NCBI GenBank assembly: GCA_903843285.1
Contig: CAIMPC010000057.1
Coordinates: 6,456 to 70,455 of the forward strand
Reading direction: 5' to 3'
Length of the DNA stretch: 64,000 nt
DNA from: Candidatus Omnitrophota bacterium
Lineage (GTDB): Bacteria; Omnitrophota; Gorgyraeia; 2-01-FULL-45-10
Shown here: piece by piece, positions 52,172 through 61,733 of the stretch
Layout: every line of letters begins with the position of its first letter
Numbering within the stretch: position 1 is the first letter of the stretch
Notes under the pieces: model-generated
Databases searched by the model: none
Told to the model about the DNA's origin: nothing
What the model saw: only the letters and a program-made list of their open reading frames with translations
Translations under genes and position numbers: made by a program

Positions 52172-54349
52172 TTAAGCCTCCCTTTTCTTTATTATCTTCA
52201 CGGCTTCATCGAAGAATTTTTTCTTTATGGTAAAAGTTTTTAACTTCTCTTCGCTGATCTTGCCTTTTTCTTTTTCCAGAAAATCCCTCATCGAAAGGAT
52301 CGAAGCGCTCCTTACTACCGATTCTATATCCGCGCCGGTAAAATTATCCGCTTCAATCGCTAATTTTTTAAGATCAACGTCGCTGTCCAGAGGCTTTTCT
52401 TTTGTGTGTATTTTATAGATCTCCAGCCTTGTTTTCTCGTCGGGAAGAGGAAGCTCTAAAAGCAGATCGAATCTTCCCGGCCGCAATACTGCTTTGTCAA
52501 CAAGATCCACTCTATTGGTAGCCCCAAGGATAAGCACTCCTTTTAGCTCTTCTATTCCATCCATTTCGGTCAGGAACTGACTGATAACCCGTTCGGATAC
52601 ATGGGAAGCATCTCCGCCGCTTCTGAGAGGGACTATGGAATCCATCTCATCAAAAAATAATATGCAGGGCGATGCCTGTTTTGCTTTACGAAATATCTCG
52701 CGGATTCCTTTTTCGCTCTCGCCAACGTATTTAGACACCAGCTGAGGCCCTTTAATAGAGATGAAGTTAACCCCGCTCTCGCTGGCCACTGCCTTAGCCA
52801 ATAACGTCTTTCCCGTGCCCGGGGGGCCATAAAGCAGGATCCCTTTAGGCGGGTTAGTGTCGGCTTTCTTAAAAAGTTCGGCATATTTTAGCGGCCATTC
52901 CACGGTCTCCATCAGCCGCTTTTTTATATCTTCCAGGCCTCCTACGTCGCTCCATTTGACATCCGGCACCTCCACAAAAACCTCTCTGATCGCCGATGGC
53001 TCAATCTCTTTCATCGCTTCTAAAAAATTATTCATGCCCACTTCCAGCTTCATCAGTGTCTCGTAGGGGATCTCCGCCATTTCAAAATCTATCTTGGGCA
53101 GGATCTTTCTTAAGGCTGACATAGCCGCTTCCCGCGCCAAGGCCTCCAGATCCGCGCCTACGTATCCATGTGTAATCTCAGCCAGTTTCTCAATGCTTAC
53201 GTCTTCCGCTAACGGCATGCCCCGCGTGTGAATCTGGAGTATCTCCAATCTTCCGTTTTTATCGGGGATAGGAATGGACATTTCCCTGTCAAATCGGCCC
53301 GGACGCCTCAGAGCGGGGTCTATTAAGTTAGGTACGTTTGTCGCCGCCATAACAATAACCTGTCCTCTGGATTCCAATCCATCCATCAAAGACAGGAGCT
53401 GAGCTACCACTCTGCGCTCAACCTGTTTCTCCGCGCCCATATCCTCTCTTTTTGGAGCGATGGATTCAATTTCATCTATAAAGATTATTGCCGGGGCATG
53501 AGCCTTAGCGTCTTCAAATAGCGAGCGAAGCCGCTGTTCCGCCTCACCGTAAAATTTCCCCATGCACTCGGGTCCGCTCATACTGATAAAATATGCGTCG
53601 GTCTCATTGGCTACCGCGCGGGCGATTAATGTCTTTCCGCAACCCGGAGGCCCGTAAAAAAACACTCCCTTAGGCGGCTGGATTCCCAGCCTCTCAAATA
53701 CTTCAGGAAATCTTAATGGAAGTTCAACCATTTCTCTGATCCTTTGGATCTGAGTGCCCAGCCCGCCAATATCTTCGTAGGAAATTTTGGCATGTTTACC
53801 TTCCGCCGCTTCTTTATCGTCCGATGCTCTCCCTTTCGTCTCCATCCTTATCAGAGTAGAAGAACCTATTATAACTACTCCGCCGGGGATGGTATCCTCT
53901 ACTTTAAAATCGCACGCCTTGGTCCCGAAGAGAGTAGCCCTGATTTTATCGCCTTTCATAACCGGCAGTCCTGCGACAAGTGACCCGATATACTTAGTAT
54001 CTTGATCTCCCCGCAGCGCAGTGGATGCTGTCAGAGAAGAGAGCGTAATCTTATTGGCAGGCTTAGAATCAACCTTGCGGATCTTCACCTTATCATCCAA
54101 TCCGATATCCGCGTTATCCCTGGCTATCCCATCTATCTGAATGATCTTTTTCCCTCGCTCATCAGCATAACAGGGCATCAGTTTCGCCGCGGTCTTCCTC
54201 TTCCCTTCAATCTCAACGATCTCCCCGACTTCCAGCCCTAAGATTTTTAAATCCTCCGGGTCGATCCGGGCGATTACCCTGCCGACATCTTTTGGCAGAG
54301 CTTCTTTTACTTTCAGAGTCAAGCCCTTATCGTCTTTTTTCGTCGTCAT
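52172..54349 (-). CDS. Cdc48/p97/VAT-family AAA+ ATPase
   Basis: N-domain ([11 protein letters not shown]), D1 [15 protein letters not shown]2 [19 protein letters not shown] x2, IEPSAIREV. Confidence 0.96.
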   Translation of the reverse strand: MTTKKDDKGLTLKVKEALPKDVGRVIARIDPEDLKILGLEVGEIVEIEGKRKTAAKLMPCYADERGKKIIQIDGIARDNADIGLDDKVKIRKVDSKPANKITLSSLTASTALRGDQDTKYIGSLVAGLPVMKGDKIRATLFGTKACDFKVEDTIPGGVVIIGSSTLIRMETKGRASDDKEAAEGKHAKISYEDIGGLGTQIQRIREMVELPLRFPEVFERLGIQPPKGVFFYGPPGCGKTLIARAVANETDAYFISMSGPECMGKFYGEAEQRLRSLFEDAKAHAPAIIFIDEIESIAPKREDMGAEKQVERRVVAQLLSLMDGLESRGQVIVMAATNVPNLIDPALRRPGRFDREMSIPIPDKNGRLEILQIHTRGMPLAEDVSIEKLAEITHGYVGADLEALAREAAMSALRKILPKIDFEMAEIPYETLMKLEVGMNNFLEAMKEIEPSAIREVFVEVPDVKWSDVGGLEDIKKRLMETVEWPLKYAELFKKADTNPPKGILLYGPPGTGKTLLAKAVASESGVNFISIKGPQLVSKYVGESEKGIREIFRKAKQASPCILFFDEMDSIVPLRSGGDASHVSERVISQFLTEMDGIEELKGVLILGATNRVDLVDKAVLRPGRFDLLLELPLPDEKTRLEIYKIHTKEKPLDSDVDLKKLAIEADNFTGADIESVVRSASILSMRDFLEKEKGKISEEKLKTFTIKKKFFDEAVKIIKKREA

Positions 54350-55284
54350 TGGAATAACCTCCCGGTATATTTATCTAACGCCTCAATGCCTCTAATCTCA
54401 CTGGCTTGTAATGGCAAAATAGTAGTCTTTAAACCGCTAAATTTTCTTCGTATCTGTTTTATATGTTCTTCCTGGGCATCACTTCTTTCCCGGCAAAACT
54501 GACAATCTCTCGACTCTAAACAATTATTCACCAATAACTGTTTTACTCTTATGCCATACCCGTTTAAATCATTTACCAATCTCTCTGTTTCTAAAATTGC
54601 CATATCTTCAGGGATAGTAACTGCCACAAACTCACATCTTTTCCGATCCTTAAGCAGGTCCTCTATCTTTTTCACTGTCTTCTTCATCTCCATCAGAAAA
54701 TCATCGCCTTCGTCAGGATTATACTTGCCGGAAAAACTTTCTACCATGTATCTGTATTTCCATCGCATCTTCGCTAAAACCTTGATCCACTCATCCAAAA
54801 GCTGCGGCAGAGTCAAAAGTCTTAATGCGTGGCCTGTAGGCGCCGTATCCACAATATATTTATCAAATTTTGCCTCATCTATTAAATCTACAATGGTCTT
54901 AAAACCCATAACCTCATCTATGCCAGGGATAGGTAAAGCGAACATAGAATCAACATCTTCCTGGTCTAGATAAGTAGAGGTGTCAAAAATCTTTTTTATT
55001 TGACCCTCGTATTTTATCTTAAATTGTGAAAGAGCTTTTTTTGCGTTTACTTCCAGGGCGCTTAAATTTTTTACCCCTTTTATTTCTCTTATCTCATCTC
55101 CTACTCTTTGGCCTAAGCTATCTGAAACTGAATGCGCCGGATCGGTGGAGATAACTAATGTCTTAAAACCGTTCTTAGCCAAATAAAGACCCGCGCTCGA
55201 GGCGCAGGTCGTCTTTCCCACTCCGCCCTTTCCGCCAAATAATATTAATTTCAACGCGGCTTCTTTTAATCCTGTTAATGCCAT
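54346..55284 (-). CDS. ArsA/Get3(TRC40)-family ATPase, single domain
   Basis: [28 protein letters not shown]-terminal CQFC. Confidence 0.93.
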   Translation of the reverse strand: MALTGLKEAALKLILFGGKGGVGKTTCASSAGLYLAKNGFKTLVISTDPAHSVSDSLGQRVGDEIREIKGVKNLSALEVNAKKALSQFKIKYEGQIKKIFDTSTYLDQEDVDSMFALPIPGIDEVMGFKTIVDLIDEAKFDKYIVDTAPTGHALRLLTLPQLLDEWIKVLAKMRWKYRYMVESFSGKYNPDEGDDFLMEMKKTVKKIEDLLKDRKRCEFVAVTIPEDMAILETERLVNDLNGYGIRVKQLLVNNCLESRDCQFCRERSDAQEEHIKQIRRKFSGLKTTILPLQASEIRGIEALDKYTGRLFQ

Positions 55285-55287
55285 CCA

Positions 55288-55857
55288 CTACTTCTTTATC
55301 TTGATCTCTAGCATACCATTGGTATAGGCTGAAGTCATGTTTTCCGTTTTTAACTTCATGGGGAGCAATACCTCTTTATGGTATTTTCTATCGCCGCTGT
55401 GGGCGGATATATCCAGGATGTCTTCTTTTAAATCTAATTTTATATCCTCCTGACTTACCCCCGGCATCTCAGCGTAGATCTTAACATCTTCTTTTTCATC
55501 AAAGAGATCGGTAATAGGCTCTCTCTCCTCATCAATTTTAGGGCCTTTAGGGGTCTTCTTTATGTTGCCGAACGGCTCTACAATGGGCTTGCCGCCTACC
55601 GCGCTCTTTACAGAAAAACCAAACACGCCTTTCATCCCTTTTTTAAGATGACTTAGATCTATTTCGCCTTCTTGTTTGATTTCACCACCCGATTCTTTTA
55701 GCTTTGTAGCGAAGTCGACCAGTTTCTCTATGCCGCTAAATAGCCCTCCTAAACCTATTTTACCCATGCCAAAATCAATATCTAGACCCTCTTTTTTCTT
55801 CTCTCCATCACCATTCGGGCCTCTATTCGATTGTTTCTTATATTTCTCCATTTTCAT
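55288..55857 (-). CDS. Hsp20/alpha-crystallin protein (GvpH-like)
   Basis: EPITDLFDE...AEMPGV...NGMLEIKI, with archaeal-type FGFSV...FGN N-arm. Confidence 0.9.
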   Translation of the reverse strand: MKMEKYKKQSNRGPNGDGEKKKEGLDIDFGMGKIGLGGLFSGIEKLVDFATKLKESGGEIKQEGEIDLSHLKKGMKGVFGFSVKSAVGGKPIVEPFGNIKKTPKGPKIDEEREPITDLFDEKEDVKIYAEMPGVSQEDIKLDLKEDILDISAHSGDRKYHKEVLLPMKLKTENMTSAYTNGMLEIKIKK

Positions 55858-55877
55858 TCCCCCCTTTTATTATACGC

Positions 55878-56258
55878 TTATTTCTTTGGTACAACGCCCT
55901 TCCCTCTACAGGTCAAGCAGGGGAGGTCCGATCCCTTTTCTCTACCTCTGCATTTACATGTCAAACAGGGTTCGGTATCTTCACTGTTTACACTTATCAC
56001 GCCTTTTCCTTTGCAGACAATACACGCAAGAGCCCTATTCGAGAGCGAACGACCTTCCCCGTTGCAATAAGCGCAAATAACCGCCGGCGATGAAACCCTT
56101 ACATTTCCGGCGCCTGAACAGGCAGAACATTGTGTGCTTTTTTTAGAGGGTATAAGCCCCATCCCTTTACAAAATGCACATCTATAGCTCGTCCTATAAA
56201 GAACTTCTCCTCTTTGACCTACTTTCTGGCTTTTCCAATCAAATGTCTTCCAAATCAT
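55878..56258 (-). CDS. DnaJ-type zinc-finger protein
   Basis: Six CxxCxGxG-like motifs: CAFCKGMG, CSACSGAG, CAYCNGEG, CIVCKGKG, CLTCKCRG, CLTCRGKG. Confidence 0.88.
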   Translation of the reverse strand: MIWKTFDWKSQKVGQRGEVLYRTSYRCAFCKGMGLIPSKKSTQCSACSGAGNVRVSSPAVICAYCNGEGRSLSNRALACIVCKGKGVISVNSEDTEPCLTCKCRGREKGSDLPCLTCRGKGVVPKK

Positions 56259-56271
56259 TAAAAAATACCCA

Positions 56272-56577
56272 TCAGTACTGCACAGATAGTTTTTTCATGG
56301 GTTTTGAGGGGACTCTTTTACAAGTCTTGACAGTCTGATCCTCACGCACTTCAAATTGCAATTTTTCAATCCGCCTGCATACGGAATATAAAAGTTTTTG
56401 TGCGGTGGTAATCCTTTTGTTCAATACATAGATCTCTTTCTCGAGCCTATCCTTTTCTCTCCCGCTCACATACAATTCCAGGTAAGCGGATCTTTGCGCT
56501 TTGGGCACAGAACTGCCCCCTATAGAATGTATGCTCTTAATATCCCTAACGCTTATTACCCGCTGTATCCCTTTCAT
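56272..56577 (-). CDS. GvpV-like accessory protein
   Basis: Directly downstream of gvpN. DIKS...AYLEL...EKDRL coiled-coil pattern recalls GvpV (from memory, not searched). Confidence 0.55.
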   Translation of the reverse strand: MKGIQRVISVRDIKSIHSIGGSSVPKAQRSAYLELYVSGREKDRLEKEIYVLNKRITTAQKLLYSVCRRIEKLQFEVREDQTVKTCKRVPSKPMKKLSVQY

Positions 56578-56610
56578 ACGGCCTATCTCCCTTCATATCC
56601 GGGAATCTCT

Positions 56611-57678
56611 TTAAACAGCAACAGCTTCTTTTTTTAACTTCTTACTTGCGCCTACAGTCTTTTTGCCGGCGCGTATAGTCTTCTTATTAACTCTACCGGT
56701 TTCTCCATCAGATCCGGAGGCCTTTTTGGCAATACTGATAGTTTTGCCGGAGCTGACTTCTTTTTTAACTAGCTCTTTCACTATCTCTTTCACCCTATCC
56801 TGATTAGTCTTTGAACCGACTCTGCTTGTCTCAGAAGCCAATATGTCCTGACACATCTGCGTAAAAGCCCCATCGGAGCTTTTTATAGGGGTAACGCCCT
56901 GAACTTTAAGGGTCTTGGCGATCATAATACAGCCGCGGACGGTGGGAGCAAATTCACATTTTCCTGACTCTCTTAAACCCCTCACAATATTGACGATCGC
57001 CCCGGAGTGTTGCCTCGAAAGCTTGGACTTTGCCTGAGTGATAGCCACCTCTGTCTCATAGTCAAAGTAGTCCAGGTCCATGGTGATCATTCTGTCCCTT
57101 AATGCGTCCTGGCTCCTGTGAACGCCGGCATACTCTTCGGGATTAGATGTAAATATAGCGTTAAAGTTCGGATCAACCTTTAAATAAGGCTCTTCTCCGC
57201 CTCTGCCCACAGGCAAATCCATCATCTTCTCCTGTAGGATAGAAAGAAGTATGTTATTCGCCTCAGGCCGGGAACGGGTGAACTCATCATAAATCAATGT
57301 GAATCCGTACTTACAAGCGACGGTCAGTCGATTATCCACCCAGTGCTTTACCATATCTTCTTCAGTCTTTAAGACCCTGGAGATAAACCGGTCCACAACC
57401 TTCTTTATCCTGTAACCGTATTCGCCTCCCACCAGATCGGAGGTGGTGAACTCTTCGTCTCCGTGGATCATAACCACAGGCCTTCCGAGCTTACTTGCTA
57501 TATGCATAGCCAGTGTTGTTTTACCGGAGCCGGATATCCCTCTAAAATGGACAGGGAAACCCGCCTTTATATAGGCAAGTGCCCTGACTGTGATATCCTT
57601 TATATAGCCAGTATCCACGAAGTCCGGTAAAGGACTGGGGTCTAATACTGTGGTCATTTCATCAATCATTTTTTTCAT
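56611..57678 (-). CDS. gvpN: Gas vesicle AAA+ ATPase GvpN
   Basis: PVHFRGISGSGKT, WVDNRLTVAC, LIYDEFTRSRPEANN, TSNPEEYAGVH, QDALRDR. Confidence 0.97.
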   Translation of the reverse strand: MKKMIDEMTTVLDPSPLPDFVDTGYIKDITVRALAYIKAGFPVHFRGISGSGKTTLAMHIASKLGRPVVMIHGDEEFTTSDLVGGEYGYRIKKVVDRFISRVLKTEEDMVKHWVDNRLTVACKYGFTLIYDEFTRSRPEANNILLSILQEKMMDLPVGRGGEEPYLKVDPNFNAIFTSNPEEYAGVHRSQDALRDRMITMDLDYFDYETEVAITQAKSKLSRQHSGAIVNIVRGLRESGKCEFAPTVRGCIMIAKTLKVQGVTPIKSSDGAFTQMCQDILASETSRVGSKTNQDRVKEIVKELVKKEVSSGKTISIAKKASGSDGETGRVNKKTIRAGKKTVGASKKLKKEAVAV

Positions 57679-58009
57679 CCCTCTTCCTGGATGTTAATGT
57701 TTTATTCATTGCACTCCAGAGCCTATTTGCTTCAACTAAATCGGCACGGATACCCTTTTCCTTCTTCCTGAAATCATCCCTTAAAGAAGAGACCTTTTTG
57801 ATCAGTTCAATTCTATCTTCGCAAAGTCCCGTCTTTAAGGATTTGGTCATCTCCTTATGAACTTTTCTACAGTGGTCCACAAACTTCCTGGCATTGTCCC
57901 TAATGGTTTCTGCCTGCTGCCTTAAATCCTCCATACTTTTCTTTCTATCCTCACGAGCCGTGGTAATGTTGTCACAAAGAGACTTCATACCACTCGATAT
58001 ATTGCTCAT
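57662..58009 (-). CDS. Short helical GvpC-like protein
   Basis: Coiled-coil protein between gvpA and gvpN. N-terminus is similar to 58025-58804. Confidence 0.6.
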   Translation of the reverse strand: MSNISSGMKSLCDNITTAREDRKKSMEDLRQQAETIRDNARKFVDHCRKVHKEMTKSLKTGLCEDRIELIKKVSSLRDDFRKKEKGIRADLVEANRLWSAMNKTLTSRKRDEKND

Positions 58010-58024
58010 ACTTGATCTCCTTTA

Positions 58025-58804
58025 CTAGCTCTTTTTTCTTCCTTTTTTCTTTCCGGCCTTTTTCTTGCTCTTCTTCTCGATGGTCTTCTCAACTGAAACT
58101 ATCTCGTCTCCGGCCTCGATTTTAGGCATTACCCCTGTCCCTCTGGATTTGGCCAGACTGGAAGACATACCCTGCCATGCCGATTTTGCCTTTGCTATAT
58201 CCGAGCCATACTCACCCATGAGTTTACGCGTATCACCCAAAAGTTTTCTGACATCGCCGGATATATTACCGACATATTTTGCCAGGCTGCTTCTTAAGGC
58301 ATCTGACATCTCGTTATGAGCCTCGTCAAATTCCTTCAGTTTCTTTTGAGTATAACCTTCTATATCCTTTACCGATTTAGCAAGAGCTGACCTCGTATCC
58401 TCCAACATCTTCTTCTGATCAGCCGACATCTTTTCCCGATCCGCATGTATGACCTTTAACTTCGCGGCAGTGTCCTTTAACTGTGAGGCCACATCTTTCG
58501 CTATGGCCTTAACAAAAGCTGCCAAGTTTGCGGCCTGCTTTTCACTCATCTCTTCATGGTTCGCCTGAAACCCTTTGAGCATGGAGCCCACATTCTTTTC
58601 CAGATCATTGACAAAACCCGCGAGGTTGCCCGCCAGTTCACCGGCCATCTTCTTCCTGTCCTGGGCAAAACCTTTTACTGCCGATCGGGCATTTCCTAAT
58701 ATACTATTCGTATCGGCTGTTAAATCAGTTAATCCTTTCACCCGCGCATCATAAGACGAGATAATGTTCTCGGTGATGCTTTTCATGCTATCAGCTATTC
58801 CCAT
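58025..58804 (-). CDS. GvpC-like helical repeat protein
   Basis: Recurrent R/H-xxM-S/A...L..FV..(V/I) repeats, Lys-rich tail and the usual gvpC position. Confidence 0.65.
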   Translation of the reverse strand: MGIADSMKSITENIISSYDARVKGLTDLTADTNSILGNARSAVKGFAQDRKKMAGELAGNLAGFVNDLEKNVGSMLKGFQANHEEMSEKQAANLAAFVKAIAKDVASQLKDTAAKLKVIHADREKMSADQKKMLEDTRSALAKSVKDIEGYTQKKLKEFDEAHNEMSDALRSSLAKYVGNISGDVRKLLGDTRKLMGEYGSDIAKAKSAWQGMSSSLAKSRGTGVMPKIEAGDEIVSVEKTIEKKSKKKAGKKKGRKKS

Positions 58805-58825
58805 TTTGATACCCTCCTTTTTTAT

Positions 58826-58874
58826 CCTTCGACGCGCTTCGCTTTCTCAGGATTAATCCTGAGTTTGTCGAAGG
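58826..58874. repeat. Palindromic REP (CCTTCGAC...CTCAGGATTAATCCTGAG...GTCGAAGG)
   Basis: Nested inverted repeat in a gvp intergenic gap, from a different family than the CGTC MITE. Confidence 0.75.
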
Positions 58875-58876
58875 GT

Positions 58877-59617
58877 TTAGCTCACCTGGTTATTTTGTTT
58901 TTTATCGATCTTCGCTTCATCTATATCAATTGTCTTTGGCGAAAAGGCAAGTTTTTGTCTCTGCTTTCCAAAATCCTGGAGCATTTTGGCAACCTCTTCC
59001 TTCCTTTTCTTCTGCAAGCTTATTCTTTCCACGCGTTGGGACTTAATCTTACTGATCATTAATCTAAAGTCCTTTATCCGAAGATTTTCGCCCTTTGCTA
59101 CAAGATCTGTAAGTTGACGAGGTATCTCTTTTTGTTCGCCCTGAAACTCTCTTAATCTGGAAACAATCTCACTCTTTTGCTTTTCCTGTTTGGTGAAAAT
59201 GGTTTTTAGCGCTGACTGCACATGTCTGATTTTTTCTATTTCTCCCCTGGCAATGGCCTCCTTACATTCTCTCAGAGCTTCCTTTAATACTATAGCGACA
59301 CTCCTCTCCTCGGTAAAATATTCCCTTATTAAGTCTTTCACCTCTTCGGCGCATTCTTCCTGGAATGACAGCACGCTAGCCATTATCTTATCGTAATCCT
59401 TCTTCCTCAGGCTGTCATTTTTGGCGAGAAGATCCCTGAGCTGGCTATTAATCTTCTCCTTTTCCGGATTGTTGCCAAGAAGGGACTCCGGAAGGCAATC
59501 AATTAGTGATTGGGAAACCTCAAATACAGAGCTAAGATTCTCTATTCTGGTTTCATAGGAAGCGAGGATATTCTCTACTGTTTCTTTTGTTCCTTTCAGA
59601 TCTGTCACTTCCTGCAT
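58877..59617 (-). CDS. Coiled-coil hypothetical protein (GvpC-related N-terminus)
   Basis: Start reset to ATG 59617 (GAGGAG RBS). ENILASYETR matches ENIISSYDAR of the next gene. Confidence 0.7.
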   Translation of the reverse strand: MQEVTDLKGTKETVENILASYETRIENLSSVFEVSQSLIDCLPESLLGNNPEKEKINSQLRDLLAKNDSLRKKDYDKIMASVLSFQEECAEEVKDLIREYFTEERSVAIVLKEALRECKEAIARGEIEKIRHVQSALKTIFTKQEKQKSEIVSRLREFQGEQKEIPRQLTDLVAKGENLRIKDFRLMISKIKSQRVERISLQKKRKEEVAKMLQDFGKQRQKLAFSPKTIDIDEAKIDKKQNNQVS

Positions 59618-59724
59618 AGCTTTATCCACTCCTCTCTTAGAAGGAACTCCTTGGCTAACCATGCTTTCTCCTGTTTTTACAGGATGAGGATGGCCGGGCA
59701 AGAACCCCTCTTCAACCTTATCCT

Positions 59725-59931
59725 TTAGGCTGCTGTTGCTGTTAAACCAATAGCCTCAGCATACTTCAGATAAGTCTCGACTGACGCCACTACAACTCTG
59801 GCTTCAACCGCGAGGATCTCTATACCAACTAGAGACACCCTTACCCAAGCATCAACCACCACGCCCTTATCCAGTATACGGTCAATAACTTCGACCAAGC
59901 TGGACGAACCAATCGTTTTCTCGACTGCCAT
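59725..59931 (-). CDS. gvpA: Major gas vesicle structural protein GvpA
   Basis: [64 protein letters not shown], with strong AGGAGG RBS. Confidence 0.98.
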   Translation of the reverse strand: MAVEKTIGSSSLVEVIDRILDKGVVVDAWVRVSLVGIEILAVEARVVVASVETYLKYAEAIGLTATAA

Positions 59932-60034
59932 GTGAATCACCCCCCTCCTTCTACAGAATATGCCACTTTTTTACTGGTGAGGAGCGGCCAACCTCCAAAC
60001 CTCCAAACATCCAAAAACTGCTTCTTAAACGTCC

Positions 60035-60226
60035 TTATGTGTCATTAACCCTATCGAGCCAGCTGGACCAACTGGACTTGTTTCTGCTGTCATCCAAAGC
60101 CGCACCGTTTCTTTGCGAATTATGGCTTTGATATAGCTCGAAATTATTCGTGTCATAGTCTTTGCGGCGACTTGCCGCTTTTTTTAATTCACTTCCTTGT
60201 GATCGCTTCAAATTTATTATATGCAT
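60035..60226 (-). CDS. Possible 63-aa leader ORF upstream of gvpA
   Basis: ATG with GAGGTG RBS just downstream of the sigma54 promoter. No recognisable family. Confidence 0.3.
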   Translation of the reverse strand: MHIINLKRSQGSELKKAASRRKDYDTNNFELYQSHNSQRNGAALDDSRNKSSWSSWLDRVNDT

Positions 60227-60275
60227 ACTAAACACCTCTGTTGCCCTTGGACTCCCGACTACATCTTATATACAT

Positions 60276-60291
60276 AGCAACAAGTGTGCCA
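60276..60291 (-). promoter_or_regulatory. sigma54 (-24/-12) promoter of the gvp operon
   Basis: Minus strand TGGCAC-ACTTG-TTGCT matches consensus TGGCAC-N5-TTGCW. Confidence 0.85.
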
Positions 60292-60303
60292 TACGTGCAT
60301 CAA

Positions 60304-60445
60304 GGGACTGTTGCGAAATGCAACTTCCGTCATTCTGAGAGAGGCCATCGGCCGACCGAAGAATCTGTTTACCTTCGAGATTCTTCACTTCGCCCTTCGG
60401 GACTCGTTCAGAATGACGCGGAATTTGGCATTTCGCAACAGTTCC
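60304..60445. mobile_element. 142-bp MITE (right boundary of the block, inverted relative to 34697-34838)
   Basis: GGGACTGTTGCGAAA...TTTCGCAACAGTTCC, with internal CGTC-REP arms. Confidence 0.88.
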
Positions 60446-60481
60446 ATACAAGTAGAGCTATAGTCCAAGCTACTAGAAATA

Positions 60482-60520
60482 TGTAGGAATATTTCAACAC
60501 TTTTGTGGGAATTTGCTTAC
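60482..60520. promoter_or_regulatory. Candidate enhancer (UAS) for the sigma54 activator
   Basis: TGTAGGAATATTTCAACA (TGT-N12-ACA) followed by a similar half-site TGTGGGAATTTGCTTAC. Confidence 0.3.
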
Positions 60521-60601
60521 GATTTTTAATATGCTGCGGGGTTCCCGCGTTTATTCGGATCTGTCAGGACAATTAATCGCTTCAGATGTGAATCTAATCG
60601 G

Positions 60602-60934
60602 CTACCACGTATCGCTCTCCAGGAAATATTCGGGGTCTGTCAGTATTGGCTTGTACTGGTCCGGAAACGGTATGGGGAAAGTAACGATCTCATATACACC
60701 CACCACCGCGCGGAATACTATCATAACGGCTCCCACAATCGGCCCGTATGTTACCGCGCCGACGGCACCGCTGTTCTCGTTGGCCTTCTTTACCTGCGAT
60801 ACACCCTCCCCCCAGCACGTTAATACGTTAGCGGCTCCCCGCCCTAATTTGATAAGAGGCGTGTCGCAATATCCGGCCCCTGACACGCATGACAAAAATA
60901 CCGCTATCATTATCACAGAAATGAATCTCTTCAT
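60602..60934 (-). CDS. Exosortase-system-associated protein, TIGR04073-like
   Basis: Signal peptide, KLGRGAANV..W.E, R..VGVYEIVTFPIP..Y.P...PEY. Confidence 0.75.
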   Translation of the reverse strand: MKRFISVIMIAVFLSCVSGAGYCDTPLIKLGRGAANVLTCWGEGVSQVKKANENSGAVGAVTYGPIVGAVMIVFRAVVGVYEIVTFPIPFPDQYKPILTDPEYFLESDTW

Positions 60935-60953
60935 GCTATAGTATCCTCCCGGG

Positions 60954-61706
60954 TTATCTATAAATCTTGACTGGGGTAAGGGATATGTCGTCGGAGCTCA
61001 CCTTATCTCCCGCGGCGGCCTTTATTGTTACGCTGGAGGGTAAATAAAAACCTTTGGATTCAATATACTGTATCTCCATTTCGGTCTTTATCTCCTGCGC
61101 CACTATAATGCTTCTTTTCACCAGTCGTAATATATATTTGTTCTCGTATACTTCGAATAGCAACCGCGTGATTTCGTACAATTTTCCGTGCCTGAAAACT
61201 TCTTTCCTGTAAAGCCTTAAGTCTTTACCAAAATAGAGGATCTCTTTGCTATCCGCAGATTTATTTAACATCTCTATGGTGATGACCTTATCACTTCTTT
61301 TAATAGATATTTTAACGCCCCTTACTCGCTTTATGAGGATATCCGTAGCGGGGGCCATCATATCTAAGATATCTTTTATCTCGGCCTTCATTGCGGAGGC
61401 GGCCTTATCGAGGGATGCGTTCGAACCATATTTTTCCGATCCGACGGCCCTGGTTCTGGAGATAGCGGCGGGCTTGCCGGGCTTCCACCGGAGGATGAAT
61501 TCGACGTTACGGGCCTTCTCGCTTCTGCACTGAAAATCTATCTGCTTAATCTTGTGCTCGGCTAAATTATAATATTTACTGTTTATCTGCTCTATCAGTT
61601 CTCTCTCTTCTTTTGTCTGGCCATCATTAATAAGGCCGCACGAGACGAGCGACAGGCATACCCCAACCATCAAAAGAGACGCCAACACTGTCTTAAGCTT
61701 GCACAT
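60954..61706 (-). CDS. Putative lipoprotein
   Basis: True start MCKLKTVLASLLMVGVCLSLVS-C (lipobox LVSC) with GGGAGG RBS. The longer ORF extension is translated REP. Confidence 0.75.
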   Translation of the reverse strand: MCKLKTVLASLLMVGVCLSLVSCGLINDGQTKEERELIEQINSKYYNLAEHKIKQIDFQCRSEKARNVEFILRWKPGKPAAISRTRAVGSEKYGSNASLDKAASAMKAEIKDILDMMAPATDILIKRVRGVKISIKRSDKVITIEMLNKSADSKEILYFGKDLRLYRKEVFRHGKLYEITRLLFEVYENKYILRLVKRSIIVAQEIKTEMEIQYIESKGFYLPSSVTIKAAAGDKVSSDDISLTPVKIYR

Positions 61707-61733
61707 GGATATAACCTCCCAGTCTAACTTTAC

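Noticed and set aside
54346-55284. Arsenic-resistance ArsA
   Set aside because: It is single-domain, there are no arsB/acr3/arsC/arsR/arsD genes nearby, and it sits among chaperones in the gvp operon.
59950-59967. Second sigma54 promoter close to gvpA (TGGCAT...)
   Set aside because: No TTGC at the -12 position.
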